DNA of 64,000 nucleotides, taken from Haplodiscus bocki (Eukaryota). Shown here piece after piece: positions 25,206 to 38,963 of this stretch. Each line of letters starts with the position of its first letter. The first letter of the stretch is position 1. The stretch is from assembly GCA_965655095.1 (NCBI GenBank), contig OZ296648.1, forward strand, positions 51,832,001 to 51,896,000, read 5' to 3'. The notes beneath the pieces were generated by a model that saw nothing but the letters and a program-made list of their open reading frames with translations, was not told the origin of the DNA and did not search any database. The translations under genes were made by a program, and so were the position numbers.

Positions 25206-27739
25206 TTCATTTTATTTTTTCATTGTTTTTTTCTGTCAAATTCGAAAGTGACTTATGCAGAGTTCGTGGAAGGAATCTGAGGAATGTCAATTCAGCAAAC
25301 AAAATTGAGCCTTGGAGAAACTTGCATGAATCATTCAAACCTCTTCAAAATATTTTGACAACACATAGAATTATACCAAAATTTCATCCGTCCGTCACTG
25401 ACTGAATCATAAATGTATTTCAGACTGCATGTAGTGTTGGCCATGCAGATCGCACCGGTTCTCAAGTGACTAGGTTGCATTTTCTTTTAGCAGATCCGGA
25501 AACGAATGAAAGGTATGAAAGATCGAGCTAAGGTTGTAGATTTATTAAACTCAAATCCAGAGATAGTCGTTTAAATTGACACTGCTTGTTTTTGGTACAT
25601 TTTTGTAAAATGTGATTCAATAATCTCTCATCTGGTTTCTGCTCTACTGGATAAACGGCACAACCGACACTAAATACTTTGTAAAAGAGCCTGGTCTCTT
25701 AAGCTTCAAGCATAGGATTTTCGAATATAACTCTTCAAAAACAAAATAACAGAGTTCTGAATATGTCGTATGGTAGCAGTTTTGCATAGAAAAGTTTGAA
25801 ACTGGTCTAGCACCACAAATTCCAAGAAAATATGGGGCTCTTTTTTCCTTTCTCCCCTCAGGATATTTTTTCCACAGTCATTTTCTTGATAATGGATTAT
25901 TCGTGGCATTATTAATCAACATTTCTTCAAGTTTGTGAAAAAACGCTCAGAAATTTTTTTGTTATCCATCTGAATTGCAACTTGAAGTAAAATTCTGCAA
26001 TGTATGTGATGGTGACGCAAAAAGTTCCAATATTTGGAAACAAAACCAGCTAATTTGACCATAATGTGAAGCACTTAGTTGCACGGTTATTGTTTGACCT
26101 GCAAAAATTACTATCAATAATTTTTTGAATGTTTTTGATCAGTTGTCAAACATGCCATCAATGCTTCTCTTCTCACACGTGCTTTTCAAGTCCCTCCTTC
26201 TTCAATCTTTTCCTTGTCAAGAACAAAGGCTTTTGAATTGCTTAATCAATATTTCATTACATTTAACCAGTCGGCCGTTCCTGAAACAATGCCCTACTGT
26301 GCACTAGCATAGTCGGTATCAAGCTTATGCACGTGAGTAGGGAAGTCTCTATTTCCACTCAAACCTACGACCAACATTTAAAATTCATGTTTGACATCGT
26401 GTCAGGTGCGCGGCTTAAAAAGAAATCACCATTTCATTCTCATACAAACCTGATTTTACACAACAATTATGAGGCATTAGATGAATTCAAAATAGAATTT
26501 TTCTCTTGTCGGTGACAGTTTTCCTGTAGTCAGCCAGAATCTATTACAGCAAAAAAGAAACACCTTTCGAAAAAATTGAAAAAAAAAGTTGTAGCGTGGA
26601 TGGGTCAGCAATACCTTTCAAAAAAATTAAAGTGCTGATAGTTCCTCAGTACTTGCGATGATTGTCTCCATCTTTTCCGGGGGAGGTGTTTCAAGGATTA
26701 TTTCAGAAATTCTAGAGAGGATTGGACGATCATCGAGATTCAAATTGCTACTGGTTATGACAGATGCGTTTTCCTCGAAATCCTTATTGGTTACAAGGTT
26801 CACTATCATTAGTTGTCGTGTTGTTTGATCCAAAAGTGTCCACTAGAGCTCAGTTCATAGAATTCCTGATTCCGTTGATTACTTTGTTTTCAGGAGCAAT
26901 TAAGCCCTGCTTTTTGATTTAGCGCTTTCAAGAGCGTCATTAACCCGTTGTGAAAGCACTTGAAATTCATGCACTGTTAGATTAGGCTCAGTTAAAGCTT
27001 TACAGCCTTCACCGGCAGCATTCGCTCTGCTTCTGTTGCTTTCATGACCACGCAACTGAGTTTGGTTGGTCTCCTCTTCAGATCTCAGTAGATCTTCTTC
27101 CATTTTTCTCTCGAGATTTTTTCGGATTTTAGACTTCCGCGCCTTTTGTCTAGTTTTCGAAGGCGCTGTGAAAAGAAGGAATTTTCTAAAACTCCAATTC
27201 AGTGTTCATAACTGAATCAACAGAACTTGAATAAACTAAAAAAATTTCAGAAAAAATGAAGATTGTCCAGAAAAAAAATAATTTTGGAAGACTCCGTTGA
27301 TGATCGAAAACTATCAACTGATTTGGAGAACGATAAATGAAAAAAACAACAATGCAGTCTCAATGAAATCACGCCTACTCATCTTTATAGTCATTCCCAA
27401 TTGGTCAGCAAAAATCGAAAAGTCACTGGAAATAGAACCAATCTTGACGTCAGTCTGTTTCTCACATTACGTCAGCTTAATAAAAGCATGACGTTTAGAG
27501 TCAAAAGCAATTTTTAGCCGTCACAATTTGACAATATAACAAGTTCGGAACAAAAAATCGTGTGCACCTGAATTTAAAAAATTTTGGAAGCAAACTGCAT
27601 GACAGTTGAAACAAAATTGAGATTAAACAAGAGGCGCAGTCGCAATGCGAATTTTTTGGTCAATGCGGTGCATAAACAATTTGTCGAACTTACAACAGAT
27701 ATTTTTTGCAACTTACCAAGTACAGACAAAAAATGTCTT

Positions 27740-30400
27740 TGAATACCTTGTCGGAAAAATTCAAGCCGATAGCTATAAAGAATTTTGAGTTGCAAAATTC
27801 ACAAAATGAGAACACTACTAAGACCTTTCCACATATTTAGCTCATCAACATTGTAATCCAAAAGACGCAATTGTAGATTTTTTCATCTAAAGAAAAACTT
27901 AGAACATATCACTGCCAGTTAAACTCAGCTTTTGACAGTAGAATTCAAATTGGCAGTTTTCGGGAAGGATGGGTTAGGCTGTCGAGATATATCAATACTA
28001 AAAGCACTTTTGCTACCTTGGTTGTTCAGGACTATGGTTCCTATGCAGACAACAATTTCCACAATATATGGAAACAAATAGTCTGCTCCAAATTAAAGCA
28101 ATGGATTGATGGAAAACGAGGGTTCAAAAATGAACCATTAAGAGCTGAAAAACCTGGAGTTTAATGAACAAACAATATCAAGACTAAGAGTACTTCTGGG
28201 AATCTTTGGTACGTCAAGGTTCCATTCCAGGGACGAAAAGTATTGGGTTTCAATTGAATGTTCCGACAGAAGTAGAGAGTTTCATATTAAGACCTTGAAG
28301 ACAGAAAACAAGTTTTATATATTCTGGAAACACTGGTTTTAAAATCAAAATGGGTCAATAAAAAAACCATGTTAGGCATTTTTAACCATTAGGACTCCGA
28401 TGATTGATAAGTTTTTGATCGAAAGTTGATGATTTTTTGTAGCAAAACTTCTCAAAAAGGGGAAACTATTTCATTTACATCTTGGTACAATAAATCAATT
28501 CCATAGGTATAGGAGAAATTTGAGCTTGAGAATACAGAATAATCAATATTAGGAACAATATGGCATTTTCGGACTATCAGGCCTGAAACAAAGGGAAAAA
28601 AATTATTGATTTTCAATTCAACCAGTTGACCAAAAAGAAACAGTTTTAGACTGTGACCTTGAAGCAAAAAAAACAAGTCAGTGGTTAAAGAGAACTATGA
28701 GCTGCAATATGGAAAAAATGTCAAAACCAACAGCATTTTTTGGCATTTTCCAAAAATCAACAAACCAAGGTAAGGAAAAAAGTCATTGCTTCATACAGAC
28801 ACTTTTCCCCAACAACTAACGGTCTGTTCCTTGAGACCCTGATAAAAGAAACTAAAACGGAGAAACATCAATTTGAGTATGGAGATAAATCAAAATTATT
28901 GGAACTTCTGGAATCTCCAGACTATAAGGAATCATATGAAAGCAAAAAACAAGTAAATTTTCAATTAGGTTATCCTGCACAGGTTCCGAGTTTTTGACTG
29001 AAACCTTTGCGGAACAATTGAAGCCTTTAGTTACGGGATGATATGAGTTTGAAAATCGAGATGAATTAAAGTTGGTGGCGACTCTTGGTTTTTTTGGGAC
29101 TATCAGGTTTATGATGCAAGGAAAAATGTGAAGAAATTTCTTTCGATTCATGTTTTCCAAGACTAAACCTTCCGATTGAGAAAATGATGTAATAGATCAA
29201 ACCTGTAGTTAGCGAAAAACACGAGTTCCAAGACCGAGACGAATCAGACATCATACCAAGATTTGGAAATTCCAGACTTTAGATTCTTGACGGAATGGTT
29301 TTAAAACAAGTGTCAATCAAAAAAAAGTTACGAACTGAAAAGTTCTGATTTCAATCGTAACTTCTATCTGAATCCTAGATAGAACAAATCGACCCGCTGT
29401 TTACGGAAGAACATGATTTTGAATTTTGACAAAAATCAAAACTATAAACACTTCTCAGAATGTTCAGACTATCAATAGTCAAATGCAAGAAAAACGATCC
29501 AGAACTTGGCAATCAAAAAACTTCCCACGATTTGGTATTTTTCGATTGGAAAGTTGATAGAAGTGTCAAATTTGTAGTTATGAAGAAGGTTGACTTGGAT
29601 TTTTGAGATAAATCGAAAAAAAAATAACCTTTTAGAACTTTCAACCGATCACGATTTTTATGCAAGGATCAAATTAATTCATATTTTCAACGAGTGCTCC
29701 TCAATAGACGTTTGGTTTTCTCATGAGAGCTCGATAACTCACATCAAACTTGTAGTTATGGAGGAATAAGAATTCGAAAACAAAAAAACCCAAACTTTTA
29801 ACATTTATCGAAATTTTCATATCAACAGGACTCCGATGCAACAATCAAAACCAACTGTTTTCCAGTTATGGGAAACTGCTCTGCGTATTTAATATTTTCG
29901 ATTGAATTTTTGATAGACAAAAACAAAGCGGTAGTTATGGAGAAACGTAAGGTCGGACAAGGAGATGAATCAGTTTTGAAAGCACTTTCTCGAATTTTTG
30001 GACTATCAGGTTTCAAATGCAGACAGCGAAATCCACAATTTTTCAAAAGTTATATTAGCGGCAAGTTCAAATTTTTCGAGTGAGACCTTGATGGAACCAA
30101 TCAGGCCAGTAGTTATCGAGAGTTCATTTTTAAGAAAACTGAGGTTTTGAAAAATAGGTTGCAATTTTTTGTATTACAGCTCTATCAGGATTCTAACGCA
30201 TGGAAGGGAACCACTCTTTTTTCAAAAATTGTTTCTCGTACTAGTAGCAGACTTGCCACTGAGACCTTTTCGGAGGAATTGTGCCTTGTATTTTTGGATT
30301 AAGGTGCGTTGCAACATCAAGGAAGTTCAATACTAATTGCACTTTTTGGTATTCCATCAAGGTGGGGACATCAGAACTGTATGTTGTAGTGGAAATGATT
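27740..30400. repeat. Second ~177-bp diverged tandem array, about 15 units, same family and orientation as 18070-21600
   Basis: Same motifs recur at about 27745, 28291, 28652, 28833, 29001, 29178, 29548, 29725, 30082 and 30260. Confidence 0.75.
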
Positions 30401-31399
30401 CCCCACGAAAATTAAATTTTTGAAACCAGAGAAACTATGACGAAAAAAAAGACTTCTAATTTTTGAACGTCATTCGTTTTTTTTGGACGATCGAATATTG
30501 TGTGAATTTTTTTCAAAAAAACTAAAAACATTTAAAATACGATTGCTTTTTGTAAGTTTGGGAAACGCATATTTTTTGAGAAAAAAAATGCTTAATTGTC
30601 ATAGAATCCTAAATGTTTTCAAAAAACCCAGATTTTCTGCTTTCATTAATTATCAATGTTAAGAATTATCTAAAAAAATGTTGAAGAGATGTCTAACATC
30701 AGGATTCAAGACTGCCAACTCTGGCTTCCTGACCGCGGTGACACTTTGAACATTGGTGTTATACAAGACACTAACTGTTCTGCAGACGATTCTGTGCTTC
30801 ATGGCCAAAATCAGAAGGGAAAATAAAACGACTACCGATTTGAGTATGATGTTTTTGAATTTTTTTTACAAAAAAGAATAAAGAAAACAAAGTTAAATAA
30901 GATTTAATTAAAAATGTCGGGCGTGATGAGCACTTTTTATCCGATAAGATCGAGTCTTTTCTGAGTGCTTTCCCCAACTGGGCCCCAGTTCCAAATTTTC
31001 CAAAAAAAACAAAAAACAGATCATCAGAAGAAGCAGTGAGAAAAGTTCTCGAATGACACAAAGCATTCCTTAATTATCGAAAACACCAGAAAAAAAGCAC
31101 TATGAAACGAGTCTAACGAACTGATCACAAAATTGATCTTAAGACATGTCAATGCTGGCATCTACTGAACAAGTTAAACTACGTTTTCAATTCAGGATAA
31201 CCCCTGGAGCAACAGTATTATTCTTCAACAACGTATCGACACTCACCAACGAGTAAAATTTTTATCCAGGATTGCTTTGTCAAAAAGTTTTCATTGTAAA
31301 TTTTTGGATCCGACCTGGGAGCAAAAAGTATGGAGGGAAAAAAGAATTTCTTTGAAAAGAACTGTGAAGAAACAACATATCACTTGGCAAGCTGAGGCA

Positions 31400-32300
31400 G
31401 TTCAATAGCTTAAAATACGTTAGTTCTTAAGCATTTTTCCACCCTTCGAGGCATTGATTACGGAGATTCAAGACCAAACATTTCCATTTCACCTTTTGTT
31501 CTCTCATGCTACTTTTGTTTTCATCCGACAACTTTCCATCTGGATTGTAGTTAGGTTTGTGGCAAAGCCATTCCGTCAGAGGAACGTTTTTATCCGAGAT
31601 CCAGTCTCGGAAAACTGACTGCTATGTACGGAAGAGCTGTCATTGTAGAAAACTGAATCTTCTGTAATGAAGTCAGATCGGACGCTGTTGAGAACTTTGA
31701 CCTATTTCTGCCTAACATGTTGCTAGAGCGCTTCAGAAGGTTTTTGCATCATGACTTTTAAGAGTTCCCTAAACATCAAAAATCTCAATAGATCGAGGAC
31801 TTCCAGATACAGTTTTTGAACCATGCACCAAATGGTCTGCAAAGGCTAATTTTTGTATGAATCTTGAGTCCAATGTGTTTTTCATCAGTGATAATCACCT
31901 TCTTTCCAGTCTTCTGCCGATTAAACGCGTCAATTGCAGCACCAATTAATGCAACTCAATCAGATTTTAGGCTTTGGATAGACAGTTTCCTTGTGTTTGT
32001 ACCCTCTTCCCCAAATTTAGGTTAAAGATGTTTTCTGCCGGAAAGTCAATTATACTTTTTTCCCAGGCAAAAACGCTTTATAATCAGATCTCAATAAGGC
32101 AGCGGATAATTGTAGATCGCATTCTGCCAATCTTTTGATTTTTTGCTCTACATTTTCGTTGAATTTTGGTGCTCTACCACGAGAGCTTTTCGCTTCATAT
32201 CACCATTTTGAATAACGTTTCTTTCAGCCGATATGATGTTTTTCGTAATTTCAGTGTCAAATGGTTAATGTTAAATTCAAATTTGGTAATATAAGTTTTT
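31400..32300 (-). pseudogene. Tc1-family transposase relic
   Basis: Ordered degenerate motifs on the minus strand: RGRAPKF (GRPRK, ~32170), EDWK/KVIITDE (WxxVxxSDE, ~31900), FYNDSSSVH (FQQDNAxxH, ~31635), EWLCHKPNYNP (WPxxSPDLNP, ~31555). Confidence 0.75.
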
Positions 32301-33878
32301 CATACAATAAATGCATCTAACGCTCTTCCCTTTTTAAAACCAGAATTTGACTGCAATGAAATCAAGTTCAAACTTTCAAGAAATGTTCTTGCCTCTGACC
32401 TTCTGGGTAGCAAGCGTAAAGATAGAGATTTTAAACACTATTTGACGATTATTTGATACGATGATCAATAATTACTGTGGTAAAAACACCTAGCAAGCCG
32501 GTAAAAATTTTCGAAGCTCCAAGTTCTAATCAGCTTGGCAACCATGCACGCAAAGTTTTTGATATAACCCATTGAGCTCCAAAATATATATGCCATAGTT
32601 GCATGTGATAATATAGGGCTAACTATTTTTTCAGTTACTTCAGTGCTAGAGAAACGTTTTTTCTATTGATTTTCCAAGTATTGTAGATTGCTTCGAAGCA
32701 AGTTCAATTGTAATAAAATGGAACCGTTTTTCACTTCAAACTTATTACACTTATTACAAAAAAATACGCCACATAAAAATCAAAAAGTTATCAATGGATC
32801 CAAAATGGTTCATTACAGCAATAAAAAGTCCATTCAAAAGAGCAAACAAATTCTATCGTGCTAAATTTTAAAAAACTGTTGAATTCAAGGAAATTTCTGA
32901 CGTTTTGTGTCCACACGGTTGAAAAATATTTGGAATCGATGACTAATTCGCTTTCATCAGAAAAAGACTTAAATTAAGTGAGAGCAGTTATTGATAGAGT
33001 GACTGTGCCCGTGATTTTGGGCCATTTTTATTCAAAACTCATTCAAATTTCTCGGCTCCGAGATCCCTGTTCCTTGCAACTCGTAATCCGGCCATTTGCC
33101 ACTCCACAGATGGAATCCCAATCAATTTATTGCTAATCCCCCGGAACACCCAATTGCTTTTGACGTTTTGCCAGCACTGCAAGCCCGCATTTTGAGGAAT
33201 TAGCTCCAACTTAACTTTCAAGATTGACATTTCTGGCGAGATTCAACCAGTTGAGTGACGACAACCATCGCCTGAACACCCAATTATTGATGAGGTGCGA
33301 AATACCCTTCTCTAGCTATAGCTCTGCAGTTTCTCAACTTAGCAACAAGCACCAAGTTTTAAACCTCGCTTTCTTCGATGTGGTTATCATGTAAAATAAA
33401 AAATGATCGACGGATACTTTGTCATTTTCTGCAAACAAATACTTAGCCACGAAAATCTTGAAAGCGGAAGGGAAAAATCATTTTTGGTTGAAAGTTAACT
33501 AATATCATAACTTATATTTTCAAAAAATATCCATTTGTATACACTTTGGATTCATTTCATAATCTAACAGCACTTGTGTTGTGATTGTGTTGTGAAAACA
33601 GAATATTCAGGTTAATATACTTGACGATTAACTTAGGCAACTGAATCTTAGTTAACGGTAAGTAAGTTATGTAGTATCATACATGTTCTTTCGTATCATA
33701 AGCGTAACATTTAGGTTTGTAAACATGTTTGTAAACTATTTCTATGCGGGCAATGTTCTTTTTAACCATCATGACATCTGGGAGCAATAAAAATTCGTTA
33801 TTAATTGTGTGCGTATCGGATGATTATTTCTGTTAATCATCGTAACTGAAATGTTTTTCATCAAAGTTCTTGTTTCAG

Positions 33879-34165
33879 ATTAAATCAAAGGAGGAAGAAA
33901 AGTTGACCTTTTTGAACCAGATCGAAATCAAAGATGCTTTATTTGGACAGGTCATCAGAATTCAGGACATATTCTGGGTGCCAGAACAACAGTATTTAAC
34001 AGTCTTACTCTTGTCTCCTTTAGAATTTGGTCGACAATACAACTTCACCCTCCCCATCAGAGTCAAAATCGAGGCTACCGCCAATTCTCAAACTTCTCTT
34101 TCTCCTTTCACTTTAATACCAAACAAAATGAACAAGCAAGCGGATCAACCGGAAGTCAGAATGAG
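33879..34165 (+). pseudogene. M1-like exon (N-terminal beta domain)
   Basis: TTTCAG acceptor, open frame with QQYLTVLLLSPLEFGRQYNFTLPI (xQxLxIxLxxxLxxGxxYxLxI pattern). Phase-2 AG|GT donor matches the next exon. Confidence 0.7.
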
Positions 34166-34255
34166 GTTCTAGTTGCACTTTTTTTGCATTGTATTATTTT
34201 TCGACACCAAGGTTCTAGTTGCACTTTTTTTGCATTGTATTATTTTTCGACACCA
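34164..34255 (+). repeat. Perfect 46-bp tandem duplication
   Basis: AGGTTCTAGTTGCACTTTTTTTGCATTGTATTATTTTTCGACACCA occurs at 34164 and again at 34210. Confidence 0.95.
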
Positions 34256-34267
34256 ACCAGTTACGGT

Positions 34268-35530
34268 CCCGGGTTGACGTCCTTACTACTTTCAGTGATG
34301 ATCATGGAAACTCAAGATTGATTCAGCGATGCAAATAGATTTTTCAGAATATTTCAGAACTGATGCACTTTGCATGAACTTCAATGAAAATCACTGTTGC
34401 AGAGCTAAAACAGCCATGATCAGCCTTATTACAGAGTAAGAATTCAGCAATTTTCAGAGCTGAAACAGCTATTATCAGAACTGAGAATCTCTGGTCATTA
34501 CTGAAAATTACTGAACATCGCTCAACACTTATGAAAAACTGTGAACATTAAACATTACTGAAAATGTCTGAGAACCGCTGAATATCTATGAAAACCTCTG
34601 GTCAGCTCTGAAAATGCCTAAACATAGCTAGACAATTAGGAAAATATCTGCTCGTCTCTGAAAACAACGGCTCTTTTTTGCCCAATGGTCTTCGACCTAT
34701 GCTTTGTCGACTTTCTATGAGCTACATTCAAGAAAAACCTAAAAGAAAGAAAAAATAAATTTACCATGAGGACAAAATTAAAGACACTTCAGGCAAAAAT
34801 CTTCAACAGAGCGAACATCTTTTTCTTTAGACGTTATTCTTTACACGTCATTCCTGCCCCTCCCCCCTCCCCGAGTGTGATTAGGAACTAAAACTTGAGA
34901 CGTTATTCTGCTCCGTTGAATTGACTGATGAATTCTGAACTATGCTGAATCAGCTCTGAAAATAACAGATTTTCTCTGCGATCATTTCTGAAAAATACTG
35001 ATTCAACTCAGAACATAACTGATTTCTTCTGATCCAGCCATGAACATTGCTGGCGCAGAGACTTTACATGTTCGCCCAAAAACGCTGTAAGAACATCGCA
35101 ATTAACCCCTGTAACGTTTCTTTTTTCCTAATTGCAGGGTTTTTTCAGTACTTTTCACTGTCTTTTGTTCTAGTAAGAAGTCTTCTGACATGAAATCAAA
35201 AGGAAATACATATTTCCGAAAAATCACACTTCTAGAATTTTTCAAAAAAAAACGTCAAAAGTTATTCTGAAATTTTCAATTTCTCGTCTTACCAGCATCG
35301 ATAATAAAAAAACCTTTTTTGGCTGTTTTTATGGTCTTTGTCGCTTTGCTGCTTGCCAGTAATGTTCAGCGCTGAATTAGAGATGTTCAGAAATGTTCAT
35401 CACTGAATCATTTATGACCAGAAATGTCGAAATTAAAGTCGGCTGGTACAGCTCTGAACATCGCTCAAAACGCAAAAATCTCTAAATCAGCACTGAAAAT
35501 GACAGAATATCTATGAGAGCTCAACTTGAG
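34268..35530. mobile_element. Old non-autonomous DNA element rich in TCAG(A/C)GCTGA palindromic motifs (intronic)
   Basis: Degenerate inverted ends (CCCGGGTTGA.. / ..TCAACTTGAG) and many internal CAGAGCTGA / CAGCTCTGA / CAGCGCTGA motifs. No coding capacity. Confidence 0.45.
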
Positions 35531-36056
35531 CACTTTTTGATGTTTTCTCGATTTTCCAAGGCTCAGAGGTGAAAAGACGGTGTTGGAATTACTGGCGCAA
35601 AGATTCTACAGGGTTCAATTGATGAAATTGAAATGTTTGTGGATTGGAACGTTTCTCCTATGCGGTGAAAGTCCATGGGGTTGAGTTGTGAAATGTACCA
35701 GAGCATTTATTGTGTTTATCATTTATTTCTTTGAAATGATGTTCAATTGTCTCTGAATATAATATGTCAACGTTGCACCAAGACGGTTCCGAAGGGCAAA
35801 GAATACGTCTTTAGACTGAGCATGAGAATTCTAACAATAGATCAGAGCTAAATGCCTTTATGTTCAAATGCAAGGGAGTGAAATGTCTTCTGGATGCAAT
35901 GTCTGGACAGAAGTTTGACTCGCCCTGGATTTTGCCACCATCCATAATTCAATTCCAAACATAGAGACTCTCTAGGAACAGAACTGATGTGCCGACCGGG
36001 AGCAACTTAATGTTGACTTTAAATGACGTAATTCGATAGACTCTTTTGTTGTTTAG

Positions 36057-36196
36057 GCACGGTGCTATTTTGGAGACGTTTCCAGCAGGAGCCAGATCTT
36101 TCTTCCCCTGTTTCGACGAGCCAAAATACAGAAGCAATTTTTCGATATCAGTCAAACATGATTCTACATACACTATTTTGTTTGACTCAAAAATTG
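36057..36196 (+). pseudogene. M1-like exon with FPCFDEP motif
   Basis: TTTAG|G CAC GGT... translates HGAILETFPAGARSFFPCFDEPKYRSNFSISVKHDSTYTILFDSKI; donor G|GTGAG. Confidence 0.92.
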
Positions 36197-36563
36197 GTGA
36201 GGTTCAAATCTATTTATGACAGTAGAATTGCTCTTGTGAAACATACAATATTTCACACAGATACTAGATTGAAAATGCAACCTCTTTCATCAAAATCAGT
36301 AAAAATTGATATCATCATAAAAAATTTCAACCAATTTCCAACCAATTGAGGTGCATATCAAAGTTTCTTCAAAAATGGCATGAATGAAAAGTGAGAAGAT
36401 GAAAATTTTGGAAATGCAATTGTTATCAGTATAAAGTGTCGGAAAAACGTGAACAAAATTGTTTCCCACATTAGTTGGGCAAAAATGTAAAATTTGGCTA
36501 ATGAAGAGAATTTCATAACACCACATTTTCGCAGCTGTATGCTCTTGATAGTCCTTTCTTTAG

Positions 36564-36959
36564 ATTAAATTGTATTTGAAAAGCAACTACTGCTAAAAGG
36601 AGATCACGGGCAAAGATTTCAAGGCAAGATCTTCGATAATCATTCTTTTCGATGATACTCATTGCCAACAGATATGGTATTGGTTTATATCGACAACTAC
36701 AAGTACTCTACTACTATTGTAAATGTGCCACATATAGTAAATCTAAAGTACCTTACAAAATCTAAAGTTTTGTGGACGTACGAGTTCAAAGACTGATTGT
36801 TCGTGTATGTTTCAGATTATCAGACTAGCAGAAGTGATTTCGTGAGGTACGGACATATTGAGAAGCTATCCACAATTACCATGGCACCCAACATGCTCTC
36901 TATGGTCATCCTACCCCGCAGCTTCCACCAGTCTTACTTGATAGACTACGAAAACGAAG
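36564..36959 (+). pseudogene. M1-like exon with three premature stops (MSTYL- to GAMEN-equivalent region)
   Basis: One frame with TAA 36566, TGA 36653 and TGA 36794. Contains SLPTDMVLVYIDNYKY and PNMLSMVILPRSF..IDYENE. The donor appears one G short of the phase needed by the next exon. Confidence 0.65.
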
Positions 36960-37119
36960 TCAAGGTCATCATAAATTGACACTTCTAAAATTACATCTGA
37001 ATAGTTTGAACGTTTTTTATTTCTGAACTGACAAGAAAATGAAAAGTTATTGCAGCTATATAAGCACTGTTTGTTGAATAAATGTCAACTTCTATAGTGA
37101 GAGAAAACATTAGTATCAA

Positions 37120-37205
37120 TGTGGGTTATGACCCCACAATCTACTTTTGATTGCAATCGGTACTCAGATTGAGCGTACTAGTTGTAACCACTGAGCTACC
37201 CAGTT
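37120..37205 (-). mobile_element. Possible tRNA-derived SINE head
   Basis: A-box-like TAGCTCAGTGG and weak B-box-like GGGTCATAACCC on the minus strand; no cloverleaf. Confidence 0.3.
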
Positions 37206-38273
37206 CACTCTAACTCTACTGAGAGATTTATTACCTCTCTTATGCTTGAACTTGTAATTCAAGCCTTCTTCGTGATGACAAATTACCATTTGAGTGAATA
37301 CTTTAACAAAAAGTTTTCATTATCTGAAAAAAATGAAAAGTTTTTTTTCTGGTCATTGCGCGCGGAAAAGATGTTCCCGGGGCGAGATCCGACAGATAAT
37401 CGTCGTTGACAACAGATGATTTTCTAAGCGCTGTTTCAAAGACATTGAAGCATACCAACGCCAATCACTGGTGAAATTATTCAAGGTTTCAACCCAAGGA
37501 ATGCTCAAATGTAATCTAACGTTCGGTTTTTCGCATTTTTTATCACGTGTTGGAAGATGTAACTTCCATGTGATTGCCTATATGCTGATAAATAATGTCA
37601 TCTTCATCTTTAGATTCAACTTCGTTCAACAGATGACTCATTAATTCCCGATTATGGTTTCGACACTGAAACTCTCATAGCCCAATCAGTTTTCTCAGTC
37701 TTGAACTTTTGTGAGCGAGAATTAGTCCTGAAATACCCACTCAATACCATAAGTGAGGAAATCTTCCTTTTACCATTCTGATCTTCGTTGCTTCATATTT
37801 TCCGCTCATATTCAAATATGGAAGATATTATTCACTCAACGCGAGCGTTTTTTTAGCGTTTACTTGCCAATTGAAAATGTCCGATGGTCCGGACGATTCT
37901 AGATTGAAAATTTTCATCTGCAAGTTATAGCAAATTTGCCGTAGAATGCGACCGAACAAGCAAGATTTCTGAAATACGTTCGAAATTTGAGTTTTTTGGA
38001 AACAAGTTTTCTTTTCAAAATCGGAAAAGGTGGTAAATTTGCTGTAGAAAGCGTATCAATATTATTTCTTAATAATGTCTTTTCCACTTTAACTGTGAAG
38101 TATTTTTGCAAAAAACGGAAAATTTTAAATGTCATGAAGAAAGAGTAATTTTTGATGGGAAGACGCCTTCACCCTTTCAGACAGCATCTTTTACAAAATT
38201 GGCGGGCGGAAAATATGCCGGTGTTAGCCGGCCGTGTTGTTTTCCTATGACTAGCCCAATCATTTTCTTTCAG

Positions 38274-38434
38274 GTATTTTGTTCATCTCACCTTCGCTGA
38301 CGTCATCACAAGACTTGGAAATGACGCCAAGGACCTTAGCTTTTGTCTCAAACCCAAATGTAGTCTCGGTTGACCCCACCAACAAATCACTGCAACAGAT
38401 AATACAAGATATCTGCAGAGCCATCATCTTCCAT
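38274..38434 (+). pseudogene. M1-like exon ending at the HEXXH-equivalent position
   Basis: TTTCAG acceptor; open frame (G)ILFISPSL...KSLQQIIQDICRAIIFH, then phase-0 donor GTTAGC. Aligns by position to GLITYRE...VIAHELAHQ. Confidence 0.7.
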
Positions 38435-38963
38435 GTTAGCCTCCCAAAAATATAAAGTTGCTTGATTGTATTTTTGCCAATTTGGATTTTTGCGGAATTT
38501 AAATTTCTTAGAAAGCCAAAAATTTTTCATTGTGTTATTGGATGTATTTTTCTACGGGTTGATTCATTTTTTAAGGAGAGATTTAGAAAAATTAAATAAA
38601 ACCTCTTTTTATTTTCCACCCGTTTTTCATATGCAAGAAAAATCATTCATTCAACATTGCTTTTTTAAATATGAAATTTGCCAATTGCATGCAACGATAT
38701 GTGAAGTAAAAAGTGCAGATCGTCAACTGAGCGGCAAATGCGCCAAAGACTTGGAAGAAAAAGAAACCGGAATTTTTTTGAGGAATTGGACCAAAAATTA
38801 ATGCATTGACTAGACTATAAATTCTACGTTTTTGGGAAATAATAGAAAATTTGCTGTAGAAGACATTGGCACAGGCAAAATTTCTTGACTACGCTTTTTA
38901 CTCGACCAAAACTGAAGATTTTTTGAAGAAAAATGAAAATATTTAAACCGGTAAGAAAAAGTT

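Noticed and set aside
33160-33657. Upstream exons of the M1-like gene (LP.HCKP.., TCVVKTEY..LTINLG)
   Set aside because: Plausible by position but too broken by stops and indels to define coordinates, so left out of the main model.
36564-36800. Stop-codon recoding or alternative genetic code in the M1-like gene
   Set aside because: Both TAA and TGA occur along with frameshifts, and the RTE ORF reads in the standard code. Pseudogene decay is simpler.
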